DNA of 54,649 nucleotides, the filler included, from Bipalium vagum (lineage: Eukaryota): NCBI GenBank assembly GCA_037834085.1. It is 3 parts of 3 records of this genome, joined end to end, with 100 filler letters (N's around TTAATTAATTAA, not from the genome) between each part and the next. Parts side by side here need not be neighbours in the genome. Positions count along the whole stretch, not along the records: positions 32,957 to 54,649 come from JBBMKC010233391.1; 2 more parts are not named here. The stretch is one strand, 5' to 3'. Each line of letters starts with the position of its first letter. Within the stretch, counting starts at the first letter, position 1. Under the pieces are notes generated by a model. It did not search any database and had not been told where the DNA came from. It was given only the letters and a program-made list of their open reading frames with translations. Positions 49,918-54,649 of this stretch are shown piece by piece. Made by a program: the position numbers and the translations under genes.

Positions 49918-50345
49918 ATGTCTAAGAAATCACAGAGGAAAAATTACAAAATATTATCGAAATAGGTAAACCTAAATACTTCATTTATAATGGTGAAAAA
50001 TATTACCTCTCCAAGAAAATAATTAATCAAGTTAAAGAACAAATAAATGAAAATGAAGAAATTAAACAAGGTTGTGTACGCGGAGCTCACACAGCTGAAG
50101 TCTGTGTACTTCCATTAATTCCAATACTTGGAGCAATCTTTGGTGGATTAGGAGCAGCCGGTGGAGTTGCAGGAGGAATTGCAACAATTGTTTAGAAAGC
50201 AAAAGTAGCAGCAAAAAATAATGCAGAGAAAGAAGATTGAATTGGAAAAAAAGAAATTAGAAATGGAAGTTAAAAAACTTAAACCTAAAGAGGAACAAAA
50301 ATCTGGAGCTAGACTTTACTTTGATCCATATTTTGAAAAAGGATT
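49918..50345 (+). mobile_element. Polinton adenovirus-pX-like (membrane-active/core) protein, decayed
   Basis: 'KQG[insert]VLPLIPILGAIFGGLGAAGGVAGGIATIV' resembles adenovirus pX GGILPLLIPLIAAAIG. 'KSGARLYFDPY' resembles the GxGLYLxPY motif. Confidence 0.7.
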
Positions 50346-50541
50346 AAGAGATACAATTTTAAATTCTTAGGAATATAAAAGTTTACAGAAATCTGAAAGA
50401 AAAGATTTAAGGGAATTATTACAAAAATTATGTAAAAAAAATTAAAATAATTAAACAAGGATCTGTACTATTTTTGACCCTTAGGAAAAAAGTAAATAAA
50501 CACACCGAAGGTGCTAGAGCTGAAGGCTCGTTTTCCAAACT

Positions 50542-50715
50542 CAAAATTTCCAAACAATATTTTTTTCCCAACTTATAATTTTTCCCAATTCAAAATTTTC
50601 CCAATAATATTTTTTTCCAACTTATAATTTTTCCCAATTCAAAATTTTCCCAATAATATTTTTTCCCAACTTATAATTTTCCCCAATTCAAAATTTTCCC
50701 AATAATATTTTTTTT
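50542..50715. repeat. 49-bp minisatellite, about 3.5 copies
   Basis: Unit CAAAATTTTCCCAATAATATTTTTTTCCAACTTATAATTTTTCCCAATT starting at 50542, 50591, 50640 and 50689. Confidence 0.9.
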
Positions 50716-51109
50716 AGTAAACTCAAAATGTAATTTTAAAAATGATGTTCTTATCTTTTAGTGGTTTTTATCATGATAGATTTTTGGATTATGATTGGAG
50801 AGATATAGCTGAAGAATTTAATTAATCTTATAGAGAGCTAATGAGACAATAAAATTTGAACGAAATAATGATGTATACTGAATATTTAGATGAGGATGAA
50901 TTATTTATTGAACATGATTAGAAAACTTAAGCAGAAAAATCTAAATATTTAAAATTTTATTTTTAAAAAATGCAAGACTCGCACACTGAAAGTATTAGAC
51001 TCAAAGACTCGCTTTTGAAACCAAAGCTTTCGAGTCGATTTAAGATTGTAAAAGCAAATACATTAATAGTTTTTGTGTAAATGATGGAATTACCTCAACT
51101 ACAAATCAA

Positions 51110-51396
51110 GAAGGAATTTATTTGATTGGATATTACAAAAATTTTACTTTGATTCTTATGGTTTACCACCACTTGAAGAATTAGAAAAACATGTAAAAGA
51201 GTACAACAAATTTGATTTTCAATCTGAAACGGATTTAGAGTATTGTGGACAATTATCTTTATATGCTTTATGGAACCTTTTTAGTGGAAAAACGCAAGCA
51301 AGGCTTGCTAGAGACTGCGTCTCAAAATTTGAGGGAATTTTAGAAGATTTGGATTATGTTATTTTTGAGAAGTTGAAACTAAAAATTAAAAATTAA
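51110..51396 (+). mobile_element. Polinton adenain-like cysteine protease, decayed
   Basis: 'YFDSYGLPP...YNKFDFQSETDLEYCGQLSLYAL' retains catalytic D, oxyanion Q and C; the His motif is degraded. Confidence 0.85.
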
Positions 51397-51589
51397 ATTT
51401 AAAAAACGCAAGATGTTTCAGGCGATAAAGTTTTTGTTAATATTAATTTAATTTTGTGCATGAAAAGACTTTCCATACCGTTGAGTACCTTAGTCATTAA
51501 CCATTGAAAAATCTTCTTAATGATTTCTATAATAAATAAAGTATTGAAAGGAACAAGTAGATTTAATTTTAAATTTTAAATTTTAAAAT

Positions 51590-52200
51590 TTGTGGAACTT
51601 TGTGTTGGGGTACTATTTCTCAAAAAACTGCTGCTGAGATTCATATTCTATTAGTTGAAATATATTGAAATATTCTTTATCAAAAAAAGAATGTCTTCAA
51701 TGGTTCCATCGTTTTAAAAATGATGATTTCAACATTGATGATAAAAAGTGATCTCTATGGTCATAAAAAATTTGATGAAGAGTGGAGAGCCATTCAGGAT
51801 TTGTGTTAAACACAAGTGAACGTTGTAGCATCATTGGAAGTAGATAGTTCTACCGTTGTGAAACGTTCACAAACAAAAGTAATGATCGAAAACCAAGGGA
51901 ATTGGATGCTGTATAAATTAAGGTCGAGAGGTGTACAATGTCGTTTGTGCACGTGTAAACTGTTGCTTCAACGTCAAATGCGAAAAGCTTTTTTGCATTG
52001 CATTGTGACTAAATAATTCTGGGGGATCGCTATTAATTTCAATTCATGTGTTTAAGCCGAGTATTAAAAGTTGTTTATATTACACCGACAACCATAGTCA
52101 TTTTTAGCAATATGACAATGTTCGACCCGCATGTTTTGCAGCCAGTTAAAGCATACTTAGAAACCCCTACATACAAAAAACAAGATATTCTTTCATATCT
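51590..52200 (+). mobile_element. Decayed Mos1-like mariner
   Basis: 'KKTAAEIH.LLVE...QWFHRFKNDDFNIDDK' and 'GNWMLYKL...CKLLLQRQMRKAFLHCIVT'. Confidence 0.8.
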
Positions 52201-53089
52201 TTTTGTAACTTGTCTGGAAGATGAGAGCAGGTAGTGAAAAGCGGTAAAAAAAAATACTTCCAACTATAAATAATTATTTATTTTTTGTAATATTTATTTT
52301 AGTTATTTCTGAAAAATTCCTGAATTAAATTTACACAATATTTAATAATACTGCAAAATTATAAGAAAAAAAGTCTATTAACGATTTGCATAGATAAATA
52401 AATAAAAATTCTTAATAAGGAAAACTGTAAAAACTCAGTATATAGTAAGACTGAATAATTTTTGTAGAATATTCTTTTGCGTCAAAAATATTTTTTATAT
52501 CTATTGATTAATTCATAATTCCAATCAATTAATTATGATTAATATTTATAATTATATATTAATATTAGAAGTTCTTAAGTTTTCAAAATTTTCTTTGTAC
52601 AATTCGCTAAGTTTATTTTGATTTAATTGTTGAACTGATACTTTTTATAAAAGGTGGAAATTGGGGTTATAAAGAACATATGAATTTTAAAGGTCCTTTG
52701 AAGTGGAAGGAACTTGATAAATCGTAAGTTAATTGAATAATTTTTCATTTTATTATAGAAATATAATTTCAAATACCTTGTTTGTATCTTTAATAATATT
52801 TTATTACTGAATAGAACATTAGTATGTATCTGTTTAATATTCATTACAACATTTTGCATGAAAAATGTTAGCCGTACAATTTATATTGCAAAAACTGAGC
52901 TAAGACCTATCCAGGTAATGAATTTTTTGAATCGAACTAAACCTTAAACCGAAATAGTATGAATATTACTTAAATATTCTTTTTTGGGATATAATTCAAT
53001 GTTAGCAATTTTGTAAATTAAATTAATTAAAGTTTATTATTTTTAATATTTTTAGTTTCACACAAAAGAAAAAAATTTCAAAAATCATC

Positions 53090-53880
53090 TAGTATTCGAA
53101 AAAAATGTGTATAACACTCAAATTCGAAAAAATTCTTTAAATGTAGTTTTGTCAACAGTAATAGGCAACCGGAAATTTTAAAGAGACATTTAAAAAGGAA
53201 GTATTCCGATTCTTGCACGGATATAGATTCAAAGAGGATGAGTAATGTAAAAATACTGAAAAATAAAAATATTTTTTAAAATAATTTTGTTACTTGAATT
53301 TTCAATACAAAGAAAAGGAATTTATTAACATCAAAACTTTAACCATGAAAGAGATTTAATTTAGAGACACTTCTAAAATTTTAGCCCAAACGATTAAAGA
53401 TATACTAGATTGTTATAATTTTAATTTTGTGTAAGTGTACTATAACAACAGATAATGGACCCATCATAGTCAAAACAGGAGAAAAAGTATCTTTTGAACA
53501 GGACACCAGTAAACCTATTATCACAGAAGTTTTTAAAGCCGATGAAATTGAAAATATAATTGAATTTTTTGTTTATGTAAACAACAATAATCTGATTTTG
53601 AATCTGGTCTGAATCGATCTTTCAACTTCAGATAACATTTACAGACACCTTCAAGTACATATATAAGATGTGCTACTCACATGTTTGATGTAATAGTAAC
53701 GGATGTTTTACATTGTAAAATTGTAATGGAAGTTATTAATTCTGCGTATGGTTAAAGAAATCAGAACCACCATGCTGCTCAATCTGTCAAAATCTGAAAA
53801 ATATAATAAGCCAATTTTAGATTTTCATACTGTGGGATTCCATATATGCAATGTGTTCGAGGCTTTTAGTTACCCAAGAA
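53090..53880 (+). mobile_element. hAT (Ac/ZBED-like) transposase pseudogene
   Basis: BED-finger remnant 'LKRHLKRK', catalytic 'TITTDNG.IIVK', 'IRCATHMFDVIVTD', and 'PILDFHT/WDSIYAMCSRLL'. Confidence 0.8.
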
Positions 53881-54334
53881 TTTTGTGTAGAATACTCTAT
53901 TGACTTTAAGGAGCTACATATGTTCTAGGAAAGTTGGCGCTTTATCGAGAAAATATTATCAATATATACTAAAAATGGCAAACCTCAAATATTTTTTTGA
54001 CAAATGACTAATCGAAAAACAACCAGTGGCAAAAAGGCCATGTTGTTTTATTATTATTCATATATTAAGCTTATGGTTTTAACTTATTTCATACATTAAC
54101 CTAATACTATAGTACTATTAATAAATTGTGATGTTTAGCACATCGTTTTACATAGGCAATAACATTTCATGATTTAACAAAATATATGTAAAGCATTCAA
54201 ATAAAAATACATGATGAAAAAAATCAACCAACAATATTTAACTCAATCAAGTATACATGAAAGTCAATCTATTATACTTATCATACTTATATACTTTTAT
54301 TTTTATATATCTATTAATCAATTTATTTTCTTAG

Positions 54335-54562
54335 AAAATGGATCAAAATTGGTATTGTGAATTTTTTGAAAAATACATCTCTAAAAATAATAAAATACAA
54401 TAATACATGAAAATAAATAAACATCGACAAAAACGAAAAATACAACAATTAAAAAAGTAAATCAAAAGAGTAGTAAAAATGTTTTAAATAATCAAGGGAT
54501 TCATGAAAAATATCAAAAAATTTTAATAAAACAGGTGGTGATCTACAATCAGCAATTATAAG
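54335..54562 (+). mobile_element. Second copy of the N-terminus of the Polinton PLA2-domain gene
   Basis: TGGTATTGTGAA...AATACATGAAAA...ACATCGACAAAAA parallels 46687-46790; 'KTGGDLQSAI' parallels 'KTREDIQSQI'. Confidence 0.55.
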
Positions 54563-54649
54563 TGTTACGATCTTATTTCACTATGAACCCAGTCGTAACC
54601 TTAGCTCGAAACGTTACTGACCCCTTCACTTGTTCCTATACGTGTACGC
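54563..54649. repeat. LTR-like dispersed repeat, running off the window end
   Basis: Starts TGTTACGA; homologous to 5757-5845. Confidence 0.7.

Noticed and set aside
50542-50715. Regularly spaced repeats as a CRISPR-like array
   Set aside because: Head-to-tail 49-bp units with no unique spacers, in a eukaryotic context with no cas genes.

Overview
Very AT-rich, intron-containing animal DNA. The host is most likely a planarian flatworm; this is inferred from base composition, (ATT)n microsatellites, a 52-nt intron, the SDHC sequence and the transposon content. The window is three contigs joined by two artificial 100-bp linkers (N44-TTAATTAATTAA-N44). Host genes: four phase-consistent minus-strand exons of a castor/CASZ1 zinc-finger transcription factor (25504->18402, 3' part not found) and a three-exon succinate dehydrogenase cytochrome b subunit gene, SDHC (44440-45493). 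There is also an orphan, stop-interrupted first exon resembling a secreted alpha-carbonic anhydrase. The rest is dense mobile-element debris: pogo/Tigger, two hAT types, Tc1, several mariners, a plant-type DD39D element with both TIRs, a MITE, Ty3/Gypsy elements and a NeSL/Utopia-like non-LTR 3' end. The right third holds extensive Polinton/Maverick (adintovirus-like) remains: pPolB, PLA2-domain protein, integrase, adenovirus pX-like protein and cysteine protease, with younger elements nested inside. The most unusual signal is a set of ~30-nt GC-rich double-hairpin insertions confined to the Polinton segment, two of them in frame inside its genes. I found no intact novel multi-gene system. All family calls are by eye from motifs; no database search was run.
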